Notes under the pieces: generated by a model
What the model was told of the DNA's origin: nothing
The model's database searches: none
The model's input: the letters and a program-made list of their open reading frames with translations, nothing else
Shown: positions 47,412-57,116 of the stretch, in pieces
How the letters are laid out: each line of letters begins with the position of its first letter
Position numbering within the stretch: the first letter of the stretch is position 1
Made by a program: the position numbers and the translations under genes
From: an uncultured virus (IMG/VR IMGVR_UViG_3300028608_000013)
Taxonomy: Duplodnaviria; Heunggongvirae; Uroviricota; Caudoviricetes
Length of the DNA stretch: 64,000 bases
Direction: 5' to 3' (one strand)
Virus record (IMG/VR): IMGVR_UViG_3300028608_000013

Positions 47412-50400
47412 TTAAGGAAGGATTTCGCTTGGGTAGAACCAAGGGATTTGACCTTCCTCGTTGACCAAGCCCGATGCACCCGGGATGGAGTTACCGCGTT
47501 TTACTTCTGTGATACGATGACCGTTCAGTGCAAACACGTTCAGTCGCTCTACCGTGACGATCTGAGTGCCGTTGGTTTTCACCGTGGCGGCCCAGAGTTG
47601 GGTAAGTGTTTCCAAACGTTTCTGGAGGGTCACTTGATACGTCGGCTTGTTGTTTACCAAGGTAGCATAAACGTAGAACGTCTTGTTGCCCGGAGACGCA
47701 TCGATATCCCGCAAGTCAACCAACCCTGCTGGGAACGTGTACGTCTTGCCCTGGAACACCGCATCCGTAGGAGCCTGGAAGAAGATCACCCAGCCAACCT
47801 CTGGATATACAGACGCCAGCAACGGGTTGTTCACCGAGCCTTTCTGGATAACGCCTGCGCCACCCGTAGAGTGCTCGTAGTGCCAGCAGATGCTGATCCC
47901 GTTATCCGGAGTGACCGCATATGTCGGAACGTTCACCTGAGTACTCGGGAACTCGCACGTCGTCCACCGACCAGTACCACGGTTGGCATACTTAACACGA
48001 GTCGCCATGCCCACCACGTTACTGTAGGCCCCACTTTGAATAGCTGGGTCCAAGTAAATGTCCAACGAACCATCAGCATCGAGGTACACCAAGCAGCACT
48101 GGCTACCCTGGATATAAAGACCATCCACAGTGCCCGGCGTGTCAGTGCCCGTAATCCAAGCATCCCAGTACCCTTGGCTCTGTTGAGACGCTGAGCCAGG
48201 GAAAGAACCATGAGCCTTATCGAGCACGGTGAACCCAGTGACAGTCGCCCGTAACCCACCCTCACTGTACGTAGGAGAAACCGACATCGTTGTAACACGA
48301 CGAGTGAAGTTTACTGGATCGACGTACGTAACCATCACAAGGGTCGGCAGCCAGCCGAACTTAGCTGTCAATCCGCCGTTAGGGTCAAAGATCGTTACGA
48401 ATACCTTACCAGAATACGACAACAGGTCTGGGCGTTCGATTTGTGCTTTGAGCGCTGCAACAATGTTCGACGGCCACAACAGCTCGCGAGTTGGCACAAT
48501 GGTAGTCGTGCCATCGGCGTCATCCCTGAAGTTACAGGCACCGATCAACAGAACGTCATCCAAGCCAACTGGAGCACTCCATGCGTTACCCTGTGCGTTG
48601 CGATCGAAGTAACGACGTTGCGCACCCAGACACATTGCCGATTGGGAGATCTCGATACCATAGGTGTCCAGAAGAGACGACGGAACACTTACAGTCGCAC
48701 CACCAATACCAGGCGGGCAGTTCACCTTACGGATGTTGTTGGTCAACGCTCTCGAAACGATGTTGGGTACCAGCAAGTTCTGGATGTTAGCCCGGTACAC
48801 GTACTTGCCCGAGATCCGTTTGATGAACAACCCCAGGAAGTTGGAGTTATCGGCTTTCGTCGCCATGAACACTTCAGCTCCAGGGAACTGTAGCGGCGGA
48901 CGGACGGACACGTTGTTAACCGTTGGTGGAACTACACCCTCAGCGGCCGACGTATAGCTTGACATCGGCAACAAGTTCCAAGTCTTGGTCAGTAAGTCAT
49001 ACTTGTTGATAGGCCCGGCAGCTTTCATCAGGGTAGTGAACCATGGGAAGCCGTTGTACTTGAAGCTGTGTGTGCTCACAACAGTGAGGTCGTCCAATAC
49101 CGCAATCGACGTCTTGGCATCAGACGTACAAAGAGCAGACCAGTTACCAGTTCGACCGTTGAACGTAGTCGGATCGTTGAAGTTGATCGTGGGGAGTGGG
49201 ATCTGGGAGATCTTCGTCATCACGTTGGTGTTCGGATCGATCTCATACGCCACATCCAAGTCGGCGTAGCAGTAGTTACCGGACGCCAGCATACCACTGT
49301 AGTAGTAGCTGAGGAACTTCAGTGCCGTTTTGCCGCTAGGAGCAGGCGTCGAGATGCTAAGCTGTGTCCAACTAACTCGTGCACCTTGGTCGTCGTACGG
49401 CAAAAGCGGGAACAGTAGCTTCTGAGTTCTCCTGAGATCGTGATCATTGGCTACGCGGGTACCCCAGCGCCACACAGGAGAGTTGTTCCACTGAACCCCG
49501 TCTAGATCCTGGAAGGTCATGTTGACACGTTGCGGTGTCAAAGGGTTCAGCAGGCGAATATCAGAGATACGCACCCGGAAGAAATAACGGTAAGTGTAGC
49601 TCCGTGGCCACCACACACCTTCTGGATCGTCCACATACCCGTTCCAGTGAGCAAAGAAGATGTAGATCCACTCACCCACAACGGCGATGCTGGCCAGGTG
49701 GATATCGTCGCTCATCTTGCGAGTCGCCCAGTCACCATAAACAGCTTGCAGCAACGGGTCCATGTCCAGTCGGCAATAAACGTGCTTAGACGGGTTCATC
49801 GTACCGTTGGTGATGCCAATGAAGTATTGCTGGGTAATAGAGTCACCCACCAACATCGCTTCGCCGTTACTGCCAGACACCACTACGTCAACGTTGGCAC
49901 CATCCTGAATGAACTTCGGGTGGGTCCATTTAAACGCAGAGAAGGTCTGCTTTGGAGCAGGGGTGTCGTAGTCTTTGATCACCGAGCAATACAGTCCGTT
50001 AACCCGACCATCCAAACGGTTACCTACCAGTACCAACGAACCGTCGTCTTCCTGACAGATGGCGTTGGTTTCTGCCTTGCTACCCAGCCCTTCAAACGAA
50101 CCGTCAATCGACGGAGGAATGAAGTTGGTGTTACCGAAACGAGACAATGGCAACAGAGCAGCTGCCAGGAACTCCGAGCTATTAAAGCCGAAGGTCTCGA
50201 CAATGGTCTCCAGCGCCAGCGGGGTAAGGTGCATGTCCTTACGCCCCTGCATCACGTTACCTGTGGTAGCCGTGGCGAAGTTATCGACGTTCTCCTTACC
50301 AATCTGGGCGGCGGTAAGACCGTGAGCGTTGTACGCATCCAGGTGGTTAGCGAGGTACTCCGACAACATCTGACCATAGACGTTGATGTAGTTGCTCAGC

Positions 50401-50963
50401 AGGTTGTAGAAGTGGTCGACTCGAACCTGCACGGCTTCACGACCGTTGGCGGCTTTCATCGCCAGGTACATGTCCATGCAATCGATGGTGTCCTGCCAGG
50501 CAATGATGTCACGAATCAGGCTGTGACTGTGCAAGGTAGGTGGGAACACAACGGGTTTGTTCTCGAGGTTCTCCCACCATACAGGACGATCGTCATCCAC
50601 AGCAGTCGTGATGAGCTGCAACATGGAGTTATCGATCAGAGAGAACTCACCGACCACCTTGTAGTCCATCATCACGTCTGTCAGATCTTCTGGAATCAGT
50701 TCGATCATGCAAGCAACTGGTTCAGCACAGTGTTCTGTCAGGCGTGTCATCAAGCGATGGATACGGTAGTCCACGTCGTAGATCAGGGGTTCGCCGTTAG
50801 GCTTCTTCATGACCAACGATTTAACAAAGAAAGGCGCGTGGAGCGGCACAATCACCCGGGTCCACAGCCCCGGTTCGACACTTCGAGGTTCATCCCGGAT
50901 TTGGTTCTCCGGGTTGTTACCTTCAATGTCCGTCTTGTACTGTTGCACAATAGGAAATTGCAT
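47412..50963 (-). CDS. Large tail-fibre-like structural protein, paralog of 43765-47352
   Basis: NAHGLTAAQIG..VDNFATAT, FIPPSIDGSFEGLG, DLRDIDASPGNKTFY. Confidence 0.75.
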   Translation of the reverse strand: MQFPIVQQYKTDIEGNNPENQIRDEPRSVEPGLWTRVIVPLHAPFFVKSLVMKKPNGEPLIYDVDYRIHRLMTRLTEHCAEPVACMIELIPEDLTDVMMDYKVVGEFSLIDNSMLQLITTAVDDDRPVWWENLENKPVVFPPTLHSHSLIRDIIAWQDTIDCMDMYLAMKAANGREAVQVRVDHFYNLLSNYINVYGQMLSEYLANHLDAYNAHGLTAAQIGKENVDNFATATTGNVMQGRKDMHLTPLALETIVETFGFNSSEFLAAALLPLSRFGNTNFIPPSIDGSFEGLGSKAETNAICQEDDGSLVLVGNRLDGRVNGLYCSVIKDYDTPAPKQTFSAFKWTHPKFIQDGANVDVVVSGSNGEAMLVGDSITQQYFIGITNGTMNPSKHVYCRLDMDPLLQAVYGDWATRKMSDDIHLASIAVVGEWIYIFFAHWNGYVDDPEGVWWPRSYTYRYFFRVRISDIRLLNPLTPQRVNMTFQDLDGVQWNNSPVWRWGTRVANDHDLRRTQKLLFPLLPYDDQGARVSWTQLSISTPAPSGKTALKFLSYYYSGMLASGNYCYADLDVAYEIDPNTNVMTKISQIPLPTINFNDPTTFNGRTGNWSALCTSDAKTSIAVLDDLTVVSTHSFKYNGFPWFTTLMKAAGPINKYDLLTKTWNLLPMSSYTSAAEGVVPPTVNNVSVRPPLQFPGAEVFMATKADNSNFLGLFIKRISGKYVYRANIQNLLVPNIVSRALTNNIRKVNCPPGIGGATVSVPSSLLDTYGIEISQSAMCLGAQRRYFDRNAQGNAWSAPVGLDDVLLIGACNFRDDADGTTTIVPTRELLWPSNIVAALKAQIERPDLLSYSGKVFVTIFDPNGGLTAKFGWLPTLVMVTYVDPVNFTRRVTTMSVSPTYSEGGLRATVTGFTVLDKAHGSFPGSASQQSQGYWDAWITGTDTPGTVDGLYIQGSQCCLVYLDADGSLDIYLDPAIQSGAYSNVVGMATRVKYANRGTGRWTTCEFPSTQVNVPTYAVTPDNGISICWHYEHSTGGAGVIQKGSVNNPLLASVYPEVGWVIFFQAPTDAVFQGKTYTFPAGLVDLRDIDASPGNKTFYVYATLVNNKPTYQVTLQKRLETLTQLWAATVKTNGTQIVTVERLNVFALNGHRITEVKRGNSIPGASGLVNEEGQIPWFYPSEILP

Positions 50964-50973
50964 ATCCCGATCC

Positions 50974-51720
50974 TTAGTTGAGGTTCAGCGTACCGGCGTT
51001 CAGTTGGCGCAGGGCGTCTTTCAATACGTCAATGGTAATGAGAAGGTTGCCGCTGCTGCCCACCAGGTCAGCCACAGTCGCTGCTTTCATATTGGGGGTG
51101 AGTGGGAGACCGATATCACCTTTAGTCGCCGCATGCGCTTCGGTAAGCGACGCAGCAAGGTGTTCTTCCAGCAGTTCTTTGATCGATGTGCTTTGAACAC
51201 TGTCGGTCACCGAAAGGATGAGGCTTTTAACAGCGGTCATCATTTCCATGTAGTCATAGGTCTGACTGGCTGGGTGATCGTGCGGATCTGCCGGGAACGC
51301 GGTAGGAATGGTAGGACCATCCAGTTCTTCCCAGTCTGCAACCCGTGGGGCGTTGACGATATTGGCTACCGTCTCGGCAAACGCTACCTGGTCCAGTACG
51401 AAGCCGGCGCCGATGGTGTCGTAGCTAGCCCGCAGTGTATCGCCAGCCACAGGACGCAGGATGATCACCGAACCGAACACGTTACGGTCGTACTTGCTGA
51501 TGAATCCAACAAACTGGTGAGCGAAGCAGTAGTCGTAACCCAGGATCAAAGGATCGGTAGTACCCTGACGAAACAGCTGGAAGTTACGTGAAAAGAAGGG
51601 GGCAGCGCGTGGGATGAATTCCACTCGATCGTTTACCGTAGAGGTTTTGATGACCTCGTTTGTAATACGGTTGTCGATGCGCTGTTGGAAGGGGTTCCAT
51701 TGGTAAACAATGCCGGCCAT
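50974..51720 (-). CDS. Virion structural protein related to the N-terminal domain of the large fibre proteins
   Basis: IPRAAPFF resembles VPLHAPFF and PDGAPFF; WEELDG resembles WENLEN; AGGAG RBS. Confidence 0.7.
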   Translation of the reverse strand: MAGIVYQWNPFQQRIDNRITNEVIKTSTVNDRVEFIPRAAPFFSRNFQLFRQGTTDPLILGYDYCFAHQFVGFISKYDRNVFGSVIILRPVAGDTLRASYDTIGAGFVLDQVAFAETVANIVNAPRVADWEELDGPTIPTAFPADPHDHPASQTYDYMEMMTAVKSLILSVTDSVQSTSIKELLEEHLAASLTEAHAATKGDIGLPLTPNMKAATVADLVGSSGNLLITIDVLKDALRQLNAGTLNLN

Positions 51721-51839
51721 TTCATAACTCCTGGGGACGTAAAAAGGGCATCTTATGACCTGCCCCACATAGTGATACCGGCCTCTACAGTAGCCTGTAG
51801 AGGCTAGTTTTTTCATAGAATCGCAAGGAGTCTAGCCCC

Positions 51840-53078
51840 ATGTATACGTATAAACGGGCGGTCGGGATCAACCGACTGGTGCCCAGAGGAGAAGAACTTT
51901 TAGACATCAGTGCTATTCAAACCAAGGACCTTTTTACCAAGTTTGATAATCTGATCATCGTGATTTACGACGAGATGACTTTCCAGGAGGTTGCGCTGGA
52001 TGCGTCGTACTACCAGAATCAACTGACTTCCTTCACCGGAGTGATTCAGGCTTGGTTGACCTCTAAAGCCAGTGTCCCACTGATCACTTCGAACAAGCTA
52101 CCCGGTACCGAATACCGTTACGTCACTTCGCATGACATCCAGTACAAGTGGTTCTCCCTGTTGCCAGGCGATGCCAGCAAGGGTGACGATCATCAGGACC
52201 TGCTGACTGTTCACAATGCGGACGACATCCGGGTAACCAAGACCGATGGTTCGGCTGTTGAATACGACAAGCTGGTTGAGCGTTCCCTGTGGACTGTTAA
52301 CAACCATTTGGTGCGTGCTGTTGAAGGTACTGACTGCATCTACTTGCTGGGTGCCGGTAAACACTTCCGCATCAGCGATAACCTGCACGTCAACAGCTTG
52401 AACTTCAACACGGTGTCGAACCTGAAGTGCTATCCAATCACCGACGACATGCTGCAACTGGAAACCTTCGACACTTACCGCTTCCTGCACGTCACCTCTC
52501 CAGTCTCTCTGGTAGGTAAGACAGTGTGGGCGTCTATTGGTGGTCGTCTGTACCTCAATGACGTCCTCCAAGTGCGTGGGGATAACTCCGTAGCCGTTAA
52601 CACGGAGATGGTCGACTGGTTCTCCCGGATCTTCGACTCCAAGGACTACATCGATCTGGAATCGATTATCGACAAAGAGCGCAAAGTAGTTCCGGATGAC
52701 TTCTTCAATACTGAAGAGTTCTTCTCCAAGCTTCTGACCGACCAGTCAAGCTTCTTGATTGTGTTGGACAACCCGCATCTCTACGTAGAGACTAAACCAC
52801 TGGTAGTTTACCAGTATCCATTCACGTACCACACCGAAGAAACCCGACCGCTCCCTTTCCTCACCGGCGGTGGGCTCTTTCCCAAGTACTGGACCCGCAA
52901 GATTATCAACAGGAGACTGCTTGACCTAGACATTGGTACTCAACGGAAATACGTCAACGAAACTACCGGGCCCTATAACGAAGGTCATGTCTTCCACGGG
53001 TATACCAACCGGTTTAAACCGAGTGCTCTACACACAGGGTATCTTCTTTATATACGTGGTCTGATTCAAGAGGACTAA
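51840..53078 (+). CDS. Probable virion structural protein, 412 aa
   Basis: AAGGAG RBS; lies in the virion module; function inferred from context. Confidence 0.6.
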   Translation: MYTYKRAVGINRLVPRGEELLDISAIQTKDLFTKFDNLIIVIYDEMTFQEVALDASYYQNQLTSFTGVIQAWLTSKASVPLITSNKLPGTEYRYVTSHDIQYKWFSLLPGDASKGDDHQDLLTVHNADDIRVTKTDGSAVEYDKLVERSLWTVNNHLVRAVEGTDCIYLLGAGKHFRISDNLHVNSLNFNTVSNLKCYPITDDMLQLETFDTYRFLHVTSPVSLVGKTVWASIGGRLYLNDVLQVRGDNSVAVNTEMVDWFSRIFDSKDYIDLESIIDKERKVVPDDFFNTEEFFSKLLTDQSSFLIVLDNPHLYVETKPLVVYQYPFTYHTEETRPLPFLTGGGLFPKYWTRKIINRRLLDLDIGTQRKYVNETTGPYNEGHVFHGYTNRFKPSALHTGYLLYIRGLIQED

Positions 53079-53082
53079 CCAC

Positions 53083-53634
53083 ATGGGTGCGGAGATCAAA
53101 GATATGTTCTTCACGGATAAGTTACGCAGTATCGTCACGATGTTGTTCATGGCGATCATCGTCGTTCTGATTGCAGGTAGCTGGGCATTCCCTCGCCAGA
53201 CTTCCAGCAATCTCGACGAGAAGTCACTTAACACTCTCCAGGAAGTCAGCAAGCAGCTTAAAAGTGCGGCTGACAATTTCGAACGGCAAGCCAGCGAGTC
53301 GGCGCTGCTCAGGGAGTCCTTGAACCGAACTCTTGATATGCAAAAAGGTGAACGCGATGATGTTTACGGAAAAATGCTTCAACGGTACGGGTACGATCCT
53401 ACCAACCTGGAAGCTCCCGGCGCTGGTTACTCAGGTGCTGCTGCTCCTCCTTCTACCGTTATTAATGTTGGGGTGCTCCCATCAGACGACGGTAAGCGAA
53501 GCGTCAACATATCTACAAGCTCAAGCAATCCAGGTGGAGATCGACAGCTACCGAATGCAGCTGGAAAGAACCAGGGCGGATCTAACGGCAGTCCTACCCC
53601 AGTTCCGGCAGGTGGACCCGACTCCCCCCATTAG
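53083..53634 (+). CDS. Probable inner-membrane spanin (i-spanin, Rz-like)
   Basis: N-terminal TM helix, coiled coil, and a low-complexity tail overlapping a lipoprotein gene. Confidence 0.6.
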   Translation: MGAEIKDMFFTDKLRSIVTMLFMAIIVVLIAGSWAFPRQTSSNLDEKSLNTLQEVSKQLKSAADNFERQASESALLRESLNRTLDMQKGERDDVYGKMLQRYGYDPTNLEAPGAGYSGAAAPPSTVINVGVLPSDDGKRSVNISTSSSNPGGDRQLPNAAGKNQGGSNGSPTPVPAGGPDSPH

Positions 53635-53938
53635 TCTTGCAGCGCCCTTGGCAGCCTTTCTTGAAGATAACGATTGCCTTAAGGCAACCGACAAGAAGTA
53701 TTGTTACCAGATGACTGTCACCCAACTAATCTTGACTACACAAAAGTTGGATAAACAGAACCTGGATAACTGGGCTGCCAAACAAACGATTGCGCAGTTG
53801 GTTTCGAATATTGACTTTATTATCTCCGGGCTGGAGAAAAAGAGTGACTCCCTGAAACCCGAAGGGGTAAAGGCTGCTATTCAGAAAGCTATCGCGCCGT
53901 CTCCCCCTCCTCCTATACAGGGATCTCCCCCTGGGTAG
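53357..53938 (+). CDS. Probable outer-membrane lipoprotein spanin (o-spanin, Rz1-like)
   Basis: +1 frame, overlapping the i-spanin; LLLLLLPLLMLG-C lipobox; Pro-rich; AAGGTG RBS before ATG 53357. Confidence 0.6.
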   Translation: MMFTEKCFNGTGTILPTWKLPALVTQVLLLLLLPLLMLGCSHQTTVSEASTYLQAQAIQVEIDSYRMQLERTRADLTAVLPQFRQVDPTPPISLAAPLAAFLEDNDCLKATDKKYCYQMTVTQLILTTQKLDKQNLDNWAAKQTIAQLVSNIDFIISGLEKKSDSLKPEGVKAAIQKAIAPSPPPPIQGSPPG

Positions 53939-54011
53939 CATAACCGTAGCACCGCAGTTGCGCAGCGACACTGGAAGTAATGGGTAGTAATGGGATGTAA
54001 ATGCGTAATAG

Positions 54012-54046
54012 CCTAACCAGGAGCCTTTGCGGGCTCCTGGTTAGGT
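54012..54046. terminator. Hairpin at a convergent junction
   Basis: CCTAACCAGGAGCC-TTTGCG-GGCTCCTGGTTAGG. Confidence 0.75.
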
Positions 54047-54060
54047 ATATGTTTGCTTTG

Positions 54061-54570
54061 TCAGTATTGCGGGGGTACAGGTCCAGCGGGTGGAGCAGGT
54101 GGCGGTGTTTCCGGTCTGGTAACATCAGTAGACCGACGGTTATCTGGGTTAGCGACAAACCCAGACATGGCGTTCTTCAGACGATCGCTCACACCACGTA
54201 CTTGCATGATGGTAGAGATAGTCTTGCTGGAGTTCATAAACGTCCATGCCACCACAATAGGACCGATGTTTGCAATGAACATTGTGGTCTCGGAAGGCCA
54301 CCCTGTTCCACCGGTTACCGACATGTAAGTGGTGTAGGCGTTTACAAGTGCAATGATGCATGTAGTCATTGCCGCTGCGATGCCACCAGCGTTACGCAAC
54401 AGTACAGACCACATACCGAAGACTTCACGCTCAATCCCGCCGGTAGCTTGTGCACGTGCCGCCTTCTTGGGCTCTACAACCCCCGTAGGAGCTGTTTGCT
54501 CATCCAACGTCAACTCTGGGCCACCTTTGTCATTCAAAGCGGCCGTAGGCTCCTGAGCGGTCATTTCCAT
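54061..54570 (-). CDS. Two-TM membrane protein, holin candidate
   Basis: Two hydrophobic segments, basic C-terminal region, adjacent to the spanin-like pair. Confidence 0.45.
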   Translation of the reverse strand: MEMTAQEPTAALNDKGGPELTLDEQTAPTGVVEPKKAARAQATGGIEREVFGMWSVLLRNAGGIAAAMTTCIIALVNAYTTYMSVTGGTGWPSETTMFIANIGPIVVAWTFMNSSKTISTIMQVRGVSDRLKNAMSGFVANPDNRRSTDVTRPETPPPAPPAGPVPPQY

Positions 54571-55148
54571 ACTCCAAAGTTCTTGGCAATCTGGATCGCA
54601 CGGTAGAGGGTAACAGCACCAGCATCGATGGTGTGCTCATCCGCTAAGGTAAGATCAATGCCATTCCAGTCCAACAGAGGGAATTCCAGCAACCCTTTGC
54701 GGACGTCTTCCTTTTGGGTACCCTTGAAGTTGGCACCCACAACACCTTTGGCCAAGTTGGGCAGTACCATGCTGACATGGATACCTCGCTCAATATAGCC
54801 ACCTGTCAGCAGACCTACAAACTGAATCAACTGCTTGAAGGTTAATGCCGACATCCCCAGGAAGTTATCTTCACAGATGGCGGTGTCTGGTTGGAAAATG
54901 TCAATCAGGGTATTGTTAGCGCGCGCCAATCCATAGCTGCGGGCCAGGACACTCGTACCAGCAGTGTCGTCGTATTGCACGGGAATATCGTAGATGACCT
55001 TGTCGCCATAAATCGTGTTCGCATACTGCAACTTAAAAGGGGCAGGCTTGGCGATGTTGACATCTACGATAAACGCCCCCATGTTGGTAGTGGACGGGTC
55101 GTTTCCTTGGACCCGTACCACATCGGGGGACTTTACGTCCTCAGGCAT
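54561..55148 (-). CDS. ruvC: RuvC-like Holliday junction resolvase
   Basis: GNDPSTTNMG, ICED, AKGVVG..QKEDV and EHTIDA catalytic pattern. Confidence 0.78.
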   Translation of the reverse strand: MPEDVKSPDVVRVQGNDPSTTNMGAFIVDVNIAKPAPFKLQYANTIYGDKVIYDIPVQYDDTAGTSVLARSYGLARANNTLIDIFQPDTAICEDNFLGMSALTFKQLIQFVGLLTGGYIERGIHVSMVLPNLAKGVVGANFKGTQKEDVRKGLLEFPLLDWNGIDLTLADEHTIDAGAVTLYRAIQIAKNFGVWK

Positions 55149-55750
55149 ATGAATCCTTTTTGTTCGCCGTGCAGAATCTCGATAACAGCCACCATTGGTG
55201 ACGGATCCATCGGAAACTCTGCTGGCGCATCTTCGCTTGGACCTTTGTACACCAGTCGGAACCCACCCGTGCAGTTCGCACCCAGTGTGCCGGAAACCCA
55301 GCCACCCAGGAATTGATACGCATTGAGCAGGGTCTTCAGATCAAAGGCTGCATTGTTGTCGGTGCCTGTAGTAGGGTAAGTTGCACCCACACCCAGTTCG
55401 TCGAGGAACTGGATCTCTACCGCAGAACCCAGCACAATGACCGGACCCATCAGCTCAACCAATGGGGTCTCGCTTACCAGGGGGTTGCCCAGGCTCAGTA
55501 CTTCAGGCTCAGCAATAACCTTCAGTGCGGAGGCCTTGTTAACGAGGCTTGCAACCACTTCACCGGTTTCAGGATCGATCAAATCAATTTGCAGAATGAG
55601 ATCGCTGTTCCAGAAGGTTTGAGTCTTCGTGAACTGATCCGCGTCTACAGTCGTCTGATAGAATCCGTTCGCCAGTGTAATTGCCTCGTCACTGGTCATG
55701 CCCAGAGTCAACGGTACATGCGCCCACTTAAGGAATTCAGGAAACTCCAT
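55133..55750 (-). CDS. Hypothetical protein, probably virion-associated
   Basis: 205 aa, acidic; GGAG RBS. Confidence 0.6.
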   Translation of the reverse strand: MEFPEFLKWAHVPLTLGMTSDEAITLANGFYQTTVDADQFTKTQTFWNSDLILQIDLIDPETGEVVASLVNKASALKVIAEPEVLSLGNPLVSETPLVELMGPVIVLGSAVEIQFLDELGVGATYPTTGTDNNAAFDLKTLLNAYQFLGGWVSGTLGANCTGGFRLVYKGPSEDAPAEFPMDPSPMVAVIEILHGEQKGFICLRT

Positions 55751-55762
55751 GATGTGGCTCCC

Positions 55763-56692
55763 TTAAACGCCGGTGGTGGCGTTGGTGTGGATCAGCATAG
55801 GTTCGCTGGCACCGTGGTCGAAGGCGTACTGGAGGCGCACGTTGTTCAGCGAGGAACGCGCATCACGCTCGGTGACGTAGTGAGCATACACAGCGCTCAG
55901 TACTTCGTCGTAACGGATGGTAGCGCCCTGACCGATAGAGCCGTCGGCCTTGGTATCAACACCGTAAGCAATACCCACTTCGTTTGGAGCAGCCAGGCTG
56001 GCGTCGCCAAACTTAACGCGGCAGGCGTTTTCCATTTCACGCAGGTCGGTTTGATCCAACGAGCAGTCCAGGATAGCCGAGTTGTTCATGTACTGGTTGC
56101 TGATCGGCACGGAACCGTTGCTGGTGAAGTCCACAGGCTGTGGATTGAACAGGTCATCCTTGATCGGGATGTACGGAACCGGATCTTCGTTGTTGTCTTC
56201 ATCACGGGTGATGACCAACACTTGTGGGTTGTAGTTGGCGAAACTGATCAGCTTCAGCCAGTAGAAGGCGTAGGCCACGCCATTGACGTCTTCAACGGTG
56301 CGCATGCGGTACTTCGCACGGTTAATGTTGTTGAGGTCAGCATCCACTGGACGGCAGATGAACGGGATCGGTACGAACAGGTTACCGTCTTTCGGCTGGT
56401 GCTGGTTGACCTTCAGCAGGGTAGTACCCAGTGGGGTCGTACCGATCGCATCAGAACCGCGGATACCGAGACCGAAGTATTTCAGGGTGAAGTCATCACC
56501 GTTCTTTACGCCGATGGACTCCGCCGCCAGGATGTTGTGGAACTCGTTGAGGGTGGTCCACTGCGGCAGGAGGAAGTTCTGTTTGGTGTTGGAACATTTT
56601 GCAATCAGCCCACCCCAGGCTGTGTTCGTCACCGACTGGGTAGGAACCTCAGAGCGGTTCTGGTCTTGAAGTTCGGTTGCAGAAAGAGCCAT
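55763..56692 (-). CDS. Probable baseplate/tail structural protein
   Basis: About 309 aa; YFGLGIRG, HQP..LF.PIPF, AFYWLK features recalled from phiKZ-like virion proteins. Confidence 0.6.
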   Translation of the reverse strand: MALSATELQDQNRSEVPTQSVTNTAWGGLIAKCSNTKQNFLLPQWTTLNEFHNILAAESIGVKNGDDFTLKYFGLGIRGSDAIGTTPLGTTLLKVNQHQPKDGNLFVPIPFICRPVDADLNNINRAKYRMRTVEDVNGVAYAFYWLKLISFANYNPQVLVITRDEDNNEDPVPYIPIKDDLFNPQPVDFTSNGSVPISNQYMNNSAILDCSLDQTDLREMENACRVKFGDASLAAPNEVGIAYGVDTKADGSIGQGATIRYDEVLSAVYAHYVTERDARSSLNNVRLQYAFDHGASEPMLIHTNATTGV

Positions 56693-56704
56693 AATCAAAA
56701 ATCC

Positions 56705-57106
56705 CTATAGTCGGGTTATGCGGAAACTGTTTTTAAAGCGCATAGAATCTGGGGCTAAGGTAACCACCACTGCACTTTTTTCCAGGGTTAAATAACGGAT
56801 GTCAAGGGCCAGGAGACGATGGCCGGTAAAACGATACACCCAGTCAGCAATGAAATCTTTACTGGGGTTACTCTCCAGCTGCAGCCGGTACTCTTTGGGG
56901 ATGTCCAACGCACGGTGAGCGGTTAAACCACCCATGTCCGTGCGCGGGTAGACATACACCTGACCAGCCTTGCCGTCATTGACATAGAACACAGGATCGC
57001 CATTGGGCTGTACCTGAGCAAATGTCAGGCTAACCGAATCACGGTCCTTTATCCTTTTGTCTTCACAGTAGCGCTGTTTGACCAACGCCAAGACTTTATT
57101 GTCCAA
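56705..57106 (-). CDS. Hypothetical protein
   Basis: 133 aa; GAGGA RBS. Confidence 0.6.
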   Translation of the reverse strand: MDNKVLALVKQRYCEDKRIKDRDSVSLTFAQVQPNGDPVFYVNDGKAGQVYVYPRTDMGGLTAHRALDIPKEYRLQLESNPSKDFIADWVYRFTGHRLLALDIRYLTLEKSAVVVTLAPDSMRFKNSFRITRL

Positions 57107-57116
57107 GGTGTTGTCC

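Noticed and set aside
43765..50963. Possible diversity-generating retroelement between the fibre paralogs
   Set aside because: Similarity is at protein level with mostly synonymous differences; no adenine-specific TR/VR pair and no reverse transcriptase in the window.
54561..55148. RuvC domain as TnpB/Cas12 or a transposase
   Set aside because: It is a 195-aa stand-alone resolvase-type protein with no zinc finger, terminal repeats or array.
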